Below are positions 1-9,960 of a stretch of 64,000 nucleotides of DNA, piece after piece. Position 1 is the first letter of the stretch; every line of letters starts with the position of its first letter. Position numbers and translations under genes: made by a program. This DNA is from Acidobacteriota bacterium (GTDB taxonomy: Bacteria; Acidobacteriota; UBA6911): positions 559,219-623,218 of the forward strand of contig CBDFLD010000023.1 of assembly GCA_965249005.1 (NCBI GenBank). Direction: 5' to 3'. The notes below the pieces were generated by a model. It saw nothing but the letters and a program-made list of their open reading frames with translations. It was not told the origin of the DNA and did no database searches.

Positions 1-187
1 AGGTGTGGCTCTTGCTAAGTCCGGGCGCATTTCTGAGGCACGAGAGCAAGTGGCCCTGGCTTCGGCGCGCGATTCGCAATACCTGGATGCGAATTTGAAC
101 GCTCGGAGCGATATGCCGGATCGAATCACCTCGCACCCGCTGCGCTCCCTTCCCAGCCGGAAAAGTTACTCTCCGGATGTCCTCTAG
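1..187 (+). CDS. 3' end of an upstream gene (partial, hypothetical)
   Basis: Frame open from the window edge to the stop at 185-187. No recognisable domain. Confidence 0.15.
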   Translation, partial: GVALAKSGRISEAREQVALASARDSQYLDANLNARSDMPDRITSHPLRSLPSRKSYSPDVL

Positions 188-302
188 TCCCGAATCCTGC
201 GCCCCCGCGCGCCACTGCGCGCCCCCCCTGCGCTCCCCTGGGCTCATGGTCCGGAAGCTGATTCCTAAAGCAGCCAATAACGTGAGACGATGAGGGCACC
301 GG

Positions 303-2870
303 ATGGGTGGCCCAACGCGGGACAACCTCCCCCGGACCCCACTCTCTCAAAGAAATGGCCTTTCAATGGCTTCGACGGTTTCTAACCCTTCCAAGGCAAG
401 CCCTCAGAAAACGAGCGCACTGCGTTTACCCGACGGCACCCTAGCACCGGCGTTGTTGCACAGTGTCGTCCAAGATGATGCAGGCCACCTCTACTATTCC
501 GACGAGTTCAATCATCGGGTTGTCTCACTCACTCCAGAGGGAGCTGTTCGCTGGTCCGTCGGGGAAAAGGGCTCCGATCCAGGGGAGTTTTGGTATCCAC
601 GCGGGCTGTCGATCGGTTGGCTCCGGACGGGCCAAGAGAATCTCCGGTGTCTAGCCGTTTGCGACGCCTGGAACCACCGTATCCAGTTTCTCGGACTCGA
701 CGGCAAGCCACTGCACTCCTGGAACCGCTCCGGGGAGCGCGTCTTTGACGATGTCTCCGATATCCGCTTTTTGGCCCGTCAGGATGAGAACCTGTCTGGC
801 GGGCATTGGCTGGTGCTGGATCGAGGCAACCATCGCCTCTGCGTGATGGCAACGGGCGGGGATCTCGTTCTCGAGATTGGACGCGAAATGGCGCCGCGCT
901 TCGAGGATCTGTGGGACAAGCAGCAGCCGATGAACCTGGATCACGCCTTGCCAACGGGATTCGTTCGGCCTTCTCCAGCCTATGATCCGCTCTACTACCC
1001 CGACCGAATTCTGGGTCGCGGGGACGACGCAATATTTCTATCCGAACCCCACTCGGGACGGCTGAAACAGGTCTTGGCCGGCAACCTCTTCCCCCTCGCT
1101 ATCCAGAGTCCCGGCGACGGGATATGGATCTCCGGGGATGAGTCGGGATTCATTAGCTGGCAGGAACAAGACAGGCGCCTCAGTCACTTCTGCTGTGCCT
1201 CGATGACATGGGCAGACGCGCAAGTCGAAGGAACGCCGGTGTCTTCCAGTCTTCCCTCCGACCAATTCTGGCTTCAAATCCAGGGTCGGCTGGAAAAATT
1301 CCAGTGGCCGGCAAAAAACCGGACCCTGTCGTCGCGACCGTTCAGCCTGCTGTGGGCAACGTTGCAGGAAGATGTCCGTGCGACCAGCGCGAGTGAAGAA
1401 ACGAGCGGTGCGCTGCTGGAACTGAGCCGGCTCCTGGAGCCTGTCCCGGGCTTGGCCAGTGCGGTGATCGATCTATTGCAGGTTCAGTTCCGGGATGTCG
1501 ACGCTCTCGCAAAGATGGCGTTGAAAATTCAAGAAAACTCACTCCGGGTACGCGAAGATGTGCTCAAGGCTCGGCGCGCAATCAACCGGCCGATTCATCG
1601 TCTCTACCTGGCACTTCAGAAATCCAGTCTACTCTGCAGTGACACTACGGGGCCGGAGCAGCGGGGACGCCTGACGCAGGTGTCGGAAATGTGGGAAGAT
1701 CTGTGCACCTCCATCTACAGAAGGATGGACGATATACAGCGGAAGGTAGACGAGCTGTACTCACTCCGGATCTCACTACCGACATACCTTCCCCCTGGTC
1801 CCGCCGCAGCATCGCCGGATGGAGACGAGGATCTGATCCGGGCATGGAGAGTTGCGCTTGTGCGACACGAAGAGTCGCTCCAAGAGATCATCAAGGAGGT
1901 GGACCGGTGGATCCGTCCCGCGGAGACGGTGGCATTGTTTCCGGGGCCTTTGAAAGCGGATCCGTCAGCCGATGGCGTTGCCTTTGCCACATCGAGCCCC
2001 TGGATTTGGCCCCCCACTCCCCATCGTCAATGTGGCTCGAAACACCTGGAGGAAACAGCGTGCATAGACCTGGGTTCCGCCGGTCGAGCGAAGTCGCCGG
2101 CCCCTGGCCGAATCGCTAGAACCTCAAACGGACACTTGTTTGTATCTCTCGCCCAGGGTCAGGCCGTGGTCCATCTCGATAGTCAAGGATCACTGTTGGA
2201 AACAGTGCCGGAAGCAACCCTCCCGCCGCTGACACGGCCGGTGGGGATTGCCGCAGACGAGCGGGATCGAATCTGGGTTCTGAACCTGGACGAACCGTTC
2301 ATTTGGATCTACGACGTCTCCGCCGGATCGTGGACTCCACTGTCCATCTGTCAGGAATTCAAAATCCCCTACGGAATCTGTTCGACGCCCAGAGGAACCA
2401 TGCTTGTTACAGACATGGGTAGCGACCAAGTCTTGGAGGTATGGCCCAACGGTTCGACCAGAGTCCTTTATCCAGGTTCAGCAACCCCCCTTTCCGGGAG
2501 GCTCCGCCTTCCAGTTTCCGTATTCGTGGATCGACAGCAACCGGAGAGTTCTCGCTGGGTCGTGGACCAGAGGAACCACCGCCTTCTAAAAATCGACGAG
2601 GAGGGAAATCACCTTCGCGAAATTGGCTCTCTCGGCTGGGGGGCCAATAAACTGCTGAGGCCCGAATGTGCCGCTCAGTTTTCCGACGGCATCATCGCGG
2701 TGAGCGCGTATCGATTCCATCGGAAAATAATGCTTTGGACACCTGAAGGCGAGAAGATAGAAGACTTGGCGGTGGACTTCTCCCCAAGCGGTCTGCTCGT
2801 TGACGGAGATAAGCTCATCGCCGCTGATTGGGATGCGTGTCATCTTCGGGTGTTCCGCCGCAACTATTGA
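303..2870 (+). CDS. NHL-repeat (six-bladed beta-propeller) protein
   Basis: 855-aa ORF with repeated YxxDxxNHR(I/V) NHL-like motifs at both ends (YYSDEFNHRVVSL, CDAWNHRIQF, LDRGNHRL, VVDQRNHRLLKI) and a central helical region. Start uncertain (ATG 303 or 366). Confidence 0.5.
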   Translation: MGGPTRDNLPRTPLSQRNGLSMASTVSNPSKASPQKTSALRLPDGTLAPALLHSVVQDDAGHLYYSDEFNHRVVSLTPEGAVRWSVGEKGSDPGEFWYPRGLSIGWLRTGQENLRCLAVCDAWNHRIQFLGLDGKPLHSWNRSGERVFDDVSDIRFLARQDENLSGGHWLVLDRGNHRLCVMATGGDLVLEIGREMAPRFEDLWDKQQPMNLDHALPTGFVRPSPAYDPLYYPDRILGRGDDAIFLSEPHSGRLKQVLAGNLFPLAIQSPGDGIWISGDESGFISWQEQDRRLSHFCCASMTWADAQVEGTPVSSSLPSDQFWLQIQGRLEKFQWPAKNRTLSSRPFSLLWATLQEDVRATSASEETSGALLELSRLLEPVPGLASAVIDLLQVQFRDVDALAKMALKIQENSLRVREDVLKARRAINRPIHRLYLALQKSSLLCSDTTGPEQRGRLTQVSEMWEDLCTSIYRRMDDIQRKVDELYSLRISLPTYLPPGPAAASPDGDEDLIRAWRVALVRHEESLQEIIKEVDRWIRPAETVALFPGPLKADPSADGVAFATSSPWIWPPTPHRQCGSKHLEETACIDLGSAGRAKSPAPGRIARTSNGHLFVSLAQGQAVVHLDSQGSLLETVPEATLPPLTRPVGIAADERDRIWVLNLDEPFIWIYDVSAGSWTPLSICQEFKIPYGICSTPRGTMLVTDMGSDQVLEVWPNGSTRVLYPGSATPLSGRLRLPVSVFVDRQQPESSRWVVDQRNHRLLKIDEEGNHLREIGSLGWGANKLLRPECAAQFSDGIIAVSAYRFHRKIMLWTPEGEKIEDLAVDFSPSGLLVDGDKLIAADWDACHLRVFRRNY

Positions 2871-3258
2871 GGCTTTTTGCTCGTATCCATCCTGTCTCAG
2901 GGCCGCCAACCGATCCCAATAATTAACCGTTTCCAATGAAGGGGCGGAGAGCGATAAGGAGAAAGGCCGACAGCGAAACTTCAATCAGTTAATAATCACG
3001 GGCCCCAGATTCTCCTCCGGTGCTACACCGACCTGCTGAAACTCCCTTCGCCATTGAACATCCCCCCTCACGCTTCCCCCGGTTCCATTCATTCAACAGA
3101 TAAAAAAGGCTAATCATTCTCAGACCCCGGCCGATTCAAACTGGAGTTTTCCCGGTGCCGCTAAGGTCACCGTCAGATTTATTGAAAACCTAATTGTCAT
3201 CAATCGGTTGCGTAGAAAGCGCACTGTGACTGAGGGGGCGAAGCTGTAACCGCCGATT

Positions 3259-4434
3259 GTGCCCCGAGCCGCCGAACCCTTTGCTCAATGGATGAATTCC
3301 AACAACCCGGCGGTTACCAGAACCTTCCCTCGTTACCCTCATCCGGTAGCGTCCACGCGTAACCCGACCAGGAGAATCACGTTGCAATCCACTATCCAAA
3401 CCTGGACCGAAGCGCCGAGTCGGTATCCGGACCGACTTGCACGTGGCCGATCCCGAACCGACACAATCACCTTGCCGAACCCAGAGCTTTCACTGTCGCT
3501 CTATAAAAAGCTATATCTCATACGGGAAGCGGAGGATAGCATCGGCAAGCACTACTTCGATGACGAGATGAAAACACCGATGCACATGTCGGCTGGGGCG
3601 GAACACATCTCGGCCGGCATCTGTGAAGCACTGCAAGACAGCGACCAGGTTTTCGGGACCTATCGCAGCCACGCTCTTTATCTGGCGAAGACCATGGAGA
3701 CCGATCTCTTCTTCGGGGAGCTCTACGGAAGGGCCACCGGGTGCGCCGGTGGCATCGCCGGGTCCATGCATCTGTCGCTTCCGCGAAAGGGTTGCATGCC
3801 TTGTTCGGCAATCGTGGCCAGTAACATCTCGGTTGCGGCTGGCGCTGCCTTTGCCCAGAGAGCAAAGAAGCTGGGCCACGTGGTGGTTGCCTTCTTTGGC
3901 GACGGCGCTCTCGAGGAGGGTGCCTTCTGGGAGTCGCTCAACCTCGTCTGCATGATGAGGCTCCCGATCCTCTTCGTCTGCGAAGACAACGGTCTAGCTG
4001 TCCATACATTCCAAACTGAGCGACAGGGATTCTATTCCATTACCGACATCGTGGAACGATTCGATATTCGTGTTCGGGAGAGCTCGACAACCGATGTGGA
4101 GACAGTAAACCGTCTAGCCCATGAGGCGGTCACCGAGCTGAGGCAGGGCGCCGGGCCCTGGTTCATTCGTTTCCGCTACTACCGCTACCTCGAGCACGTG
4201 GGAGTTTCTGAAGATTTCAAGTTCGGGTACCGGGAGACCTTCGAAGCAGATCCCTGGAAACAGCGGGATTGCCTGCAGGTCCAGCGTGAACGCCTACTTG
4301 CGGGAGGCATCTCTCTCGAAGAGGTCTCGGCGCTCGAGTCAGAGGTTCGAGAAATGGTCGAGCGAAGTCGACAAAAAGCACAGCGGGCGCCTTTTGCCGA
4401 CGGCGCCACACTTTCATCGATGGTCTACGGGTAA
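3259..4434 (+). CDS. TPP-dependent dehydrogenase E1 component, alpha subunit
   Basis: Has the TPP-binding GDG(A)xxEG...N motif (FFGDGALEEGAFWESLNL...CEDNGLA) and an YRSHAL...GG(I)AGSMH core. The N-terminus is uncertain: ATG 3259, ATG 3292, or TTG 3472 (giving a typical 321 aa). Confidence 0.65.
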   Translation: MPRAAEPFAQWMNSNNPAVTRTFPRYPHPVASTRNPTRRITLQSTIQTWTEAPSRYPDRLARGRSRTDTITLPNPELSLSLYKKLYLIREAEDSIGKHYFDDEMKTPMHMSAGAEHISAGICEALQDSDQVFGTYRSHALYLAKTMETDLFFGELYGRATGCAGGIAGSMHLSLPRKGCMPCSAIVASNISVAAGAAFAQRAKKLGHVVVAFFGDGALEEGAFWESLNLVCMMRLPILFVCEDNGLAVHTFQTERQGFYSITDIVERFDIRVRESSTTDVETVNRLAHEAVTELRQGAGPWFIRFRYYRYLEHVGVSEDFKFGYRETFEADPWKQRDCLQVQRERLLAGGISLEEVSALESEVREMVERSRQKAQRAPFADGATLSSMVYG

Positions 4435-4441
4435 GTCGGAT

Positions 4442-5485
4442 ATGAGCAGATTGATCAAATTCAAGGATGCCCTTAAAGAGGCGCAGCACGAAGAAATGGC
4501 CCGAGATCCCAACGTGTTCGTCTACGGCGTCGATGTCGCGGATCACAAACGTATTTTCGGCAGTACGGCCGATCTCGTCGAATCCTTTGGGCCCTCACGC
4601 TGCTTCAGCACGCCTCTTTCGGAGGATGCACTGGCTGGCTTTGGCCTTGGAGCTGCAGTCAATCACATGCGGCCCATCAACGTCCATATCCGGGTGGATT
4701 TCCTCTTGCTTGCCATGAACCAGCTGGCCAACATGATCAGCAGCTACCAGTTCGGCTCGGCTGGTGAGCTGAAGGCGCCGATCGTTTTTCGTTCGGTGAT
4801 CGGCCGAGGATGGGGACAGGCCTATCAACACAGCAAGACCCTCCATTCCTTTTTCGCACACCTGCCTGGCCTGAAGGTCATCTTGCCCTCGACCGTCGCC
4901 GATGCCAAGGGACTGCTCAAATCCGCCATTCGTGATGATAACCCCGTAGTCTTTCTCGAGCACCGCTGGCTTTACGAGGTGGAGGGGACGGTACCGGAGA
5001 CCTCCGATCGGGAGCCGATCGGTCGCTGCCGTATCCTCAGGGAAGGAAGCGACATCACGATCGTCGCCGTTTCCTGGATGAATATCGAAGCGCTCAAAGC
5101 GGCCGAGATTCTCGAGCGAAGAGGCGTGAGTGTCGAAGTCATAGATCCACGTACCATCTCCCCTTTGGATATCGAAACGATCGTGGCCTCGGTGTCGAAG
5201 ACCCGACGTTGCCTGGTCGCAGACTATGATTGGGTCTTTTGTGGGTTCGGGGCAGAGGTGACCGCCGAGGTGCAGCAACGATGCTTTGGCCAGCTCGATC
5301 ACCCGGTCCGCCGTCTGGGCTTCCAGGCTTTTCCATGTCCAACCAGTCGGCCACTGGAGAATGCCTATTACCCGTACGCGAAGGACATCGTTCATCTCGT
5401 AGACGAAATGCTCGATCAGGCAAAGACGGACGTTTCTGGAGAGGAATTCTACTCTTGGGAAAACCGGTTCAAGGGACCATTCTGA
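4442..5485 (+). CDS. TPP-dependent dehydrogenase E1 component, beta subunit (transketolase-like)
   Basis: Starts MSRLIKFKDALKEAQHEEMARDPNVFVYG; has the transketolase-like pyrimidine-binding and C-terminal domains. Follows E1alpha with a 7-nt gap. Confidence 0.7.
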   Translation: MSRLIKFKDALKEAQHEEMARDPNVFVYGVDVADHKRIFGSTADLVESFGPSRCFSTPLSEDALAGFGLGAAVNHMRPINVHIRVDFLLLAMNQLANMISSYQFGSAGELKAPIVFRSVIGRGWGQAYQHSKTLHSFFAHLPGLKVILPSTVADAKGLLKSAIRDDNPVVFLEHRWLYEVEGTVPETSDREPIGRCRILREGSDITIVAVSWMNIEALKAAEILERRGVSVEVIDPRTISPLDIETIVASVSKTRRCLVADYDWVFCGFGAEVTAEVQQRCFGQLDHPVRRLGFQAFPCPTSRPLENAYYPYAKDIVHLVDEMLDQAKTDVSGEEFYSWENRFKGPF

Positions 5486-6342
5486 CTGAACCCGCAGAGT
5501 TATCTCGAAAGGCGGCGCAGCTGCGACTCGATGTCCTTCACACCGTGGCGAAGGCGAAGAAAGGCCACGTGGGCGGGGCTCTTTCGGTCTTGGATATTCT
5601 GGTAAGTCTTTTCCATGGTGGCTTCCTCCGATACGAGCTCGGTCGCCGGCTCGGTGCTTCAGCTGTCCGATCCCGTTGTGCGTCGATCGAATCCGGACAG
5701 GATCGTTTCATACTGAGCAAGGGGCATTGCTCTGTCGCGCTATATGCGGTACTGGCCGACCTGGGCTTCTTCCCAAGGGAAGAGCTGTCAAGCTACAACA
5801 CCAACGGCGGCCTTCTGGGAGAACATCCGGATTATACGATTCCGGGGGTCGAAACAAGCTCCGGCTCACTGGGCAACGGGCTCGGAATCGGGGCTGGCCT
5901 GGCATGGGCGGCAAAGCTGGACGGCAAAGAGACCCGCGTATTCGTGGTCCTTGGCGACGGCGAGTGTCACGAGGGCGCCGTTTGGGAAGCTGCGCTCTTT
6001 GCTTCGCACCATCGCCTGAACAACCTGATCGCCATCATCGATCGCAACGGCTACTGTGTTCATGATACGACCGAGAATATTGTCCGGTTGGAGCCCTTCG
6101 AGGACAAGTGGCAGAGCTTCGCTTGGAACACCCGCCGGTTGAACGGACACGATTTCCCTTCCCTGAGAGAAGCGTTGAGGCATGCATGTGAGGAGTCCTC
6201 CGGCCCAACGGTTCTGATCGCGGATACGATCAAGGGAAAAGGGGTTTCCTTCATGGAGAACAAGGCCGAGTGGCACCACGGTGTCGTGCAGGGTCCTAGT
6301 TATGACAGGGCCGTTGTGGAGCTGGAGGCTTGCCTTCAATGA
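5482..6342 (+). CDS. Transketolase, N-terminal (TPP-binding) subunit of a split transketolase
   Basis: Contains LSKGHCSVALYAVLADLGF...GSLGNGLGIGAGLAWAAKL...VVLGDGECHEGAVWEAALFASHH(R)LNNLIAIIDRN. No canonical start follows the upstream stop: candidates are CTG 5482 (286 aa, typical length) or ATG 5335/5230 with a long overlap. Confidence 0.55.
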   Translation: MTEPAELSRKAAQLRLDVLHTVAKAKKGHVGGALSVLDILVSLFHGGFLRYELGRRLGASAVRSRCASIESGQDRFILSKGHCSVALYAVLADLGFFPREELSSYNTNGGLLGEHPDYTIPGVETSSGSLGNGLGIGAGLAWAAKLDGKETRVFVVLGDGECHEGAVWEAALFASHHRLNNLIAIIDRNGYCVHDTTENIVRLEPFEDKWQSFAWNTRRLNGHDFPSLREALRHACEESSGPTVLIADTIKGKGVSFMENKAEWHHGVVQGPSYDRAVVELEACLQ

Positions 6343-7307
6343 CGGTCGTCCCTCACCCCGTCGACCTTCGGGATGCCTTCTTTGACACGCTGCATCCAAT
6401 CGTGTCCGAGGATGATTCGGTGATGATCCTTACCGCCGATCACGGTGCGCAGGGCCTTACCAGAATCCTGGAGGAGTTTCCCAGCCAAGCGTTCAACGTG
6501 GGCATCTCAGAGCAAAACATGGTGAACGTGGCATCCGGCCTCGCCTTGGCCGGTAAGCGTGTCTTTTGCTATACGATTGCCAACTTTGTCACGCTCCGTT
6601 GCCTCGAGCAAATCAGCGTGAGCGTCTCTGGCAACGACCTGCCCATAAACCTCGTCAGCGTCGGCTGCGGTTTCACCTACAGCTCCGATGGGCCGACCCA
6701 TCATGGTCTCTTCGATATGGCTGCCGCCGGTCTGGTGCCCGGAATGTCGGTGTTCAACGCCTCGGATGCATGGATCACACAGGAGTTTGCACGCGAATCC
6801 GCTCGCCTCCCGGGGGCCAATTACTTCCGGCTTGAAAAAGGAACGTTGCCCTTGGTCATGGAAGCAGAGTTGACGAATCTGTCGGATGGACTGCGGGTTG
6901 TTCGGCCTGCGGGCGATGTGATGCTCCTGGCCACCGGGATCATGGTCCATCGAGCCCTGGACCTCGCCGACAAACTGCGGGAAGAAGGTTGGGACGCGGG
7001 TGTGGTAGACGTTTTTCGGCCCGTGCCGATCAACACCAAGAAGTTGGCGCAAATCGCGGATACGGCACAAAGTCTTGTCACCCTGGAGGAGAGTTACTTG
7101 CCAGGGGGCTTCGGATCCTCGGTCTGCTCCGCGCTGCAAGATGAAAACGTTCAGGTGCCTGTGCTGAGATTGGGAATACCGCATGAAACGACCTTCGCCT
7201 ATGGAAATCGGCAATGGATGCACGAACAAGTGGGTCTGGACGGCGATCGGATTCTGCGACGGTTCAAGCAATGGCACGCCTCTCAGCTGAGCCTGGTTCA
7301 TGATTGA
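6330..7307 (+). CDS. Transketolase, C-terminal subunit
   Basis: Pyrimidine-binding and C-terminal transketolase domains (FNVGISEQNMVNVASGLALAGKRVF). Overlaps the N-terminal subunit by 13 nt. Confidence 0.7.
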   Translation: MPSMTVVPHPVDLRDAFFDTLHPIVSEDDSVMILTADHGAQGLTRILEEFPSQAFNVGISEQNMVNVASGLALAGKRVFCYTIANFVTLRCLEQISVSVSGNDLPINLVSVGCGFTYSSDGPTHHGLFDMAAAGLVPGMSVFNASDAWITQEFARESARLPGANYFRLEKGTLPLVMEAELTNLSDGLRVVRPAGDVMLLATGIMVHRALDLADKLREEGWDAGVVDVFRPVPINTKKLAQIADTAQSLVTLEESYLPGGFGSSVCSALQDENVQVPVLRLGIPHETTFAYGNRQWMHEQVGLDGDRILRRFKQWHASQLSLVHD

Positions 7308-8316
7308 GCACAGGGCAAACACGTCCTTCTATCACGGGAAGAAGGTACTGGTGGCCGGAGGAACCGGGACGATCGGGATCCCCGTCGTCCGCCGCCTGGT
7401 GGACATGGGAGCGCGGGTGTCGGTCGCCTCCCTGGATCCATACGACTACGCTGGGAGTGTGCTCCCGGTGCAGGCAAACTTCACGCGCATCGATCTGACG
7501 GACCTTGCCAATTGTCTGAGAATGACCGAGGGCATGGATATGGTCTGCAATCTTCTTACCATCAAGGGATCCGTTGGAACGGGCGAAAGCCGGGCAGCCA
7601 GTTATTGGGTCCCGATGGTCTGGTTTCAGACAAACCTGATGGAAGCCGCCTTTCGTCACCGGGTCGACCGATTTCTGTTCGTCGGCAGCATCTGCTCTTA
7701 TCCGCCCGCCGATACCCCCAAGGGCGAGGACTCCATGTGGAACGGCCTTCCCAGGCAGAGTGACCGCTTCACCGGCCTGGTCAAGCGCATGGCCGAGATA
7801 CAGGGGGAAGCCTACTACGTGGAACACGATTGGGACGCCGTGCGGATCATCCGTCCCTGCAACGTGTACGGCCCATACGACGACTTCAACCCCAAAACAG
7901 CTCAGGTGATTCCCGCACTCATCGGACGCATGCTGGATGGCGAGAACCCTGTCTCCGTGTGGGGAGATGGGACGGCCGTACGCGATTTCATCTTTTCCGA
8001 TGAGTTGGCGGAGTGGCTTCTCGTCGCGTTGGAGCAGTCTCCCGGCTGCCAGCCGCTAAACCTGAGCAGCGGAAAGGGGCATACCATCCGCGAAGTGGCC
8101 GAGACGATCGCCAACTGCATCGAGCCACAGCCCCGCATCGAATGGGATCCGACAAAACCGACGGGTGACCCCGTGCGACTCCTCAAGGTCGAGCTGGCAG
8201 AAAAACTGATTGGTTTTCGTAGCGAAGTCACCCTGCAGCAAGGAATTCACTATACGGTCGATTGGCTCCGGCAGAACCGTCAAATCGCCGCTTGCCGCGA
8301 GTATGCCGCTCAATGA
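7300..8316 (+). CDS. NAD(P)-dependent epimerase/reductase, GDP-L-fucose synthase (Fcl/GER) family, paralog 1
   Basis: VLVAGGTGTIG Rossmann motif; catalytic region RPCNVYGPYDDFNPKTAQVIPALIGRM typical of GDP-4-keto-6-deoxymannose 3,5-epimerase/4-reductases. 338 aa. Confidence 0.7.
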   Translation: MIEHRANTSFYHGKKVLVAGGTGTIGIPVVRRLVDMGARVSVASLDPYDYAGSVLPVQANFTRIDLTDLANCLRMTEGMDMVCNLLTIKGSVGTGESRAASYWVPMVWFQTNLMEAAFRHRVDRFLFVGSICSYPPADTPKGEDSMWNGLPRQSDRFTGLVKRMAEIQGEAYYVEHDWDAVRIIRPCNVYGPYDDFNPKTAQVIPALIGRMLDGENPVSVWGDGTAVRDFIFSDELAEWLLVALEQSPGCQPLNLSSGKGHTIREVAETIANCIEPQPRIEWDPTKPTGDPVRLLKVELAEKLIGFRSEVTLQQGIHYTVDWLRQNRQIAACREYAAQ

Positions 8317-8738
8317 AAAGTCCGCAACGACAATTCCATCTTCCCATGGCAGAGTTGATCGACCGCCTAACGGTCGATCAGATCAAGGAGGTTCTGCTGG
8401 AATGCGACAAGGAGGATCTGGGCAAGGAGGTCCGTGCGCTCGAGCACGACATCGACTTGCTGATCGATCGGCACGGACTGACTCTCTCGGGTCGCTTGAT
8501 TCGAATCGTCATCATCTTGTCTCAGATGAATCTCCACATCTGGTACAACAAGGATCAAATGGGAGATGATCCCAAAGCAGAAGGGTATCTCCCCCGACTC
8601 CAGTTGTCGCACCAGCTCAACGGAATTCGCAACCAGATGAAGAACCTGCTTCTTGCCGAGACCGGTGAGAAAAACGGAGCGACGACCCGCGCCAACTTCA
8701 ACACCGACAACCTGACCGGCTGGGATATTCGGATTTAG
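8313..8738 (+). CDS. hypothetical protein (all-helical, unknown function)
   Basis: 141-aa ORF whose ATG overlaps the upstream stop (ATGA). Co-oriented in the operon. No recognisable motif. Confidence 0.35.
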   Translation: MKSPQRQFHLPMAELIDRLTVDQIKEVLLECDKEDLGKEVRALEHDIDLLIDRHGLTLSGRLIRIVIILSQMNLHIWYNKDQMGDDPKAEGYLPRLQLSHQLNGIRNQMKNLLLAETGEKNGATTRANFNTDNLTGWDIRI

Positions 8739-8862
8739 CGCCGTGGCTGGGCTCCGGCGCGCTTTCCGCTAACCGCTTCCCGAACTCGCCCGTGCACTCC
8801 GTGTGCAACTTGGACGACCTTTCATGCGTCTCTCGGAGAGGAGACGCCTACTGTCTCTTATG

Positions 8863-9960
8863 CGATACAACACTTTGCCTAGCGTTCCGTTCCCGGTGCC
8901 CGTCATCGGCCAGGGTTGCGGCAAAATCGACAAGGGGCAACCGCTCGACGCGCTGCTCGAGGGAATTGAACGGGGCATGACGCTTCTCGATACCGCCGAG
9001 GCGTACAATCAAGGTCGGAGCGAGGCCACGCTCGGAACGGTCATGCAAAAGATTCGGAGCAAGATCATTCTGGCTTCCAAGGTTTCCCCCGATCATCTCC
9101 ATCCGCATCAAGTGGTGGAAGCCTGTGAAAGGAGCCTGCGGAGCTTGAAGACGGACACGATTGACCTTTACCAGATTCACTGGCCAAACCATAAAATCGC
9201 GATCGAGCGGACCATGACGGGACTGGCCCGGCTCATGGATGCGGGAAAGATCCGCATGGTCGGCGTCTGCAACTTCACGCTCCGCGAATTACAACGGGCT
9301 GAGGAAGCTTTTCGCCCCTATCCGATCGCCTCCGTTCAGGCCGAATACAACCTTTTCGACCGAAGCTCCGAATGGAGTCTGATTCCGTTCTGCCAGCGAT
9401 CCGACAAGCTCTTCCTGGCATACAGTCCGTTGGAGCAGGGAACGCTGGTCGGAAACGGAGAAAGGATCGAGACTCTGGAAGCCATCGGCCGCAACTATGA
9501 TTGCAGCGCCCATCAAATCGCCCTCACTTGGTTGTCCTCCCGTTCCCATGTCTCCGTGATTCCAAAGGCGGCAAAGATCGATCATGTCGTGGAGAACGCA
9601 GCCGCCGGTGATATCGTCTTGAGTTCCAAGGATAGTTCTGCAATCTCACAACTTTTCTCCTCCCGCCCGCTGATGGTTGCTCCGGAGAGTATCCGGGTGG
9701 TTCAGGACGGAGTGGACAACCGGCCCGCCTATCAGACCATGGAAGAGGCCATGGAAAACCATCTGGGCCTGACTCCGAGCCCCTACGAGTTGGCACAAGA
9801 GCTCCACGAGAGTGAGTTCCTGAAACCGGTACGACTTCGTCCTACCACGGATTCCTCAGGACAGTATGAATACGACCTGATTGAAGGCCGGCTGCGGTAC
9901 TGGGCCTGGGTCATAGCGCACGAGGGCAAGAAGCCTATCCCCGTGCTGGTTCGAAAATGA
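8863..9960 (+). CDS. aldo/keto reductase family oxidoreductase with C-terminal extension
   Basis: LDTAEAYNQGRSE...IDLYQIHWPN AKR signatures, plus a ~90-aa C-terminal extension. Start could be 8803, 8824 or 8863. Confidence 0.6.
   Translation, partial: RYNTLPSVPFPVPVIGQGCGKIDKGQPLDALLEGIERGMTLLDTAEAYNQGRSEATLGTVMQKIRSKIILASKVSPDHLHPHQVVEACERSLRSLKTDTIDLYQIHWPNHKIAIERTMTGLARLMDAGKIRMVGVCNFTLRELQRAEEAFRPYPIASVQAEYNLFDRSSEWSLIPFCQRSDKLFLAYSPLEQGTLVGNGERIETLEAIGRNYDCSAHQIALTWLSSRSHVSVIPKAAKIDHVVENAAAGDIVLSSKDSSAISQLFSSRPLMVAPESIRVVQDGVDNRPAYQTMEEAMENHLGLTPSPYELAQELHESEFLKPVRLRPTTDSSGQYEYDLIEGRLRYWAWVIAHEGKKPIPVLVRK

Noticed and set aside
5230-5481. Long 5' extensions of the transketolase N-subunit (from ATG 5230) and of the nucleotidyltransferase (from ATG 15546)
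   Set aside because: The extensions overlap the conserved C-termini of the upstream genes by 150-255 nt and are compositionally arbitrary. Lengths fit the families only with downstream starts; these are flagged as unresolved starts instead.
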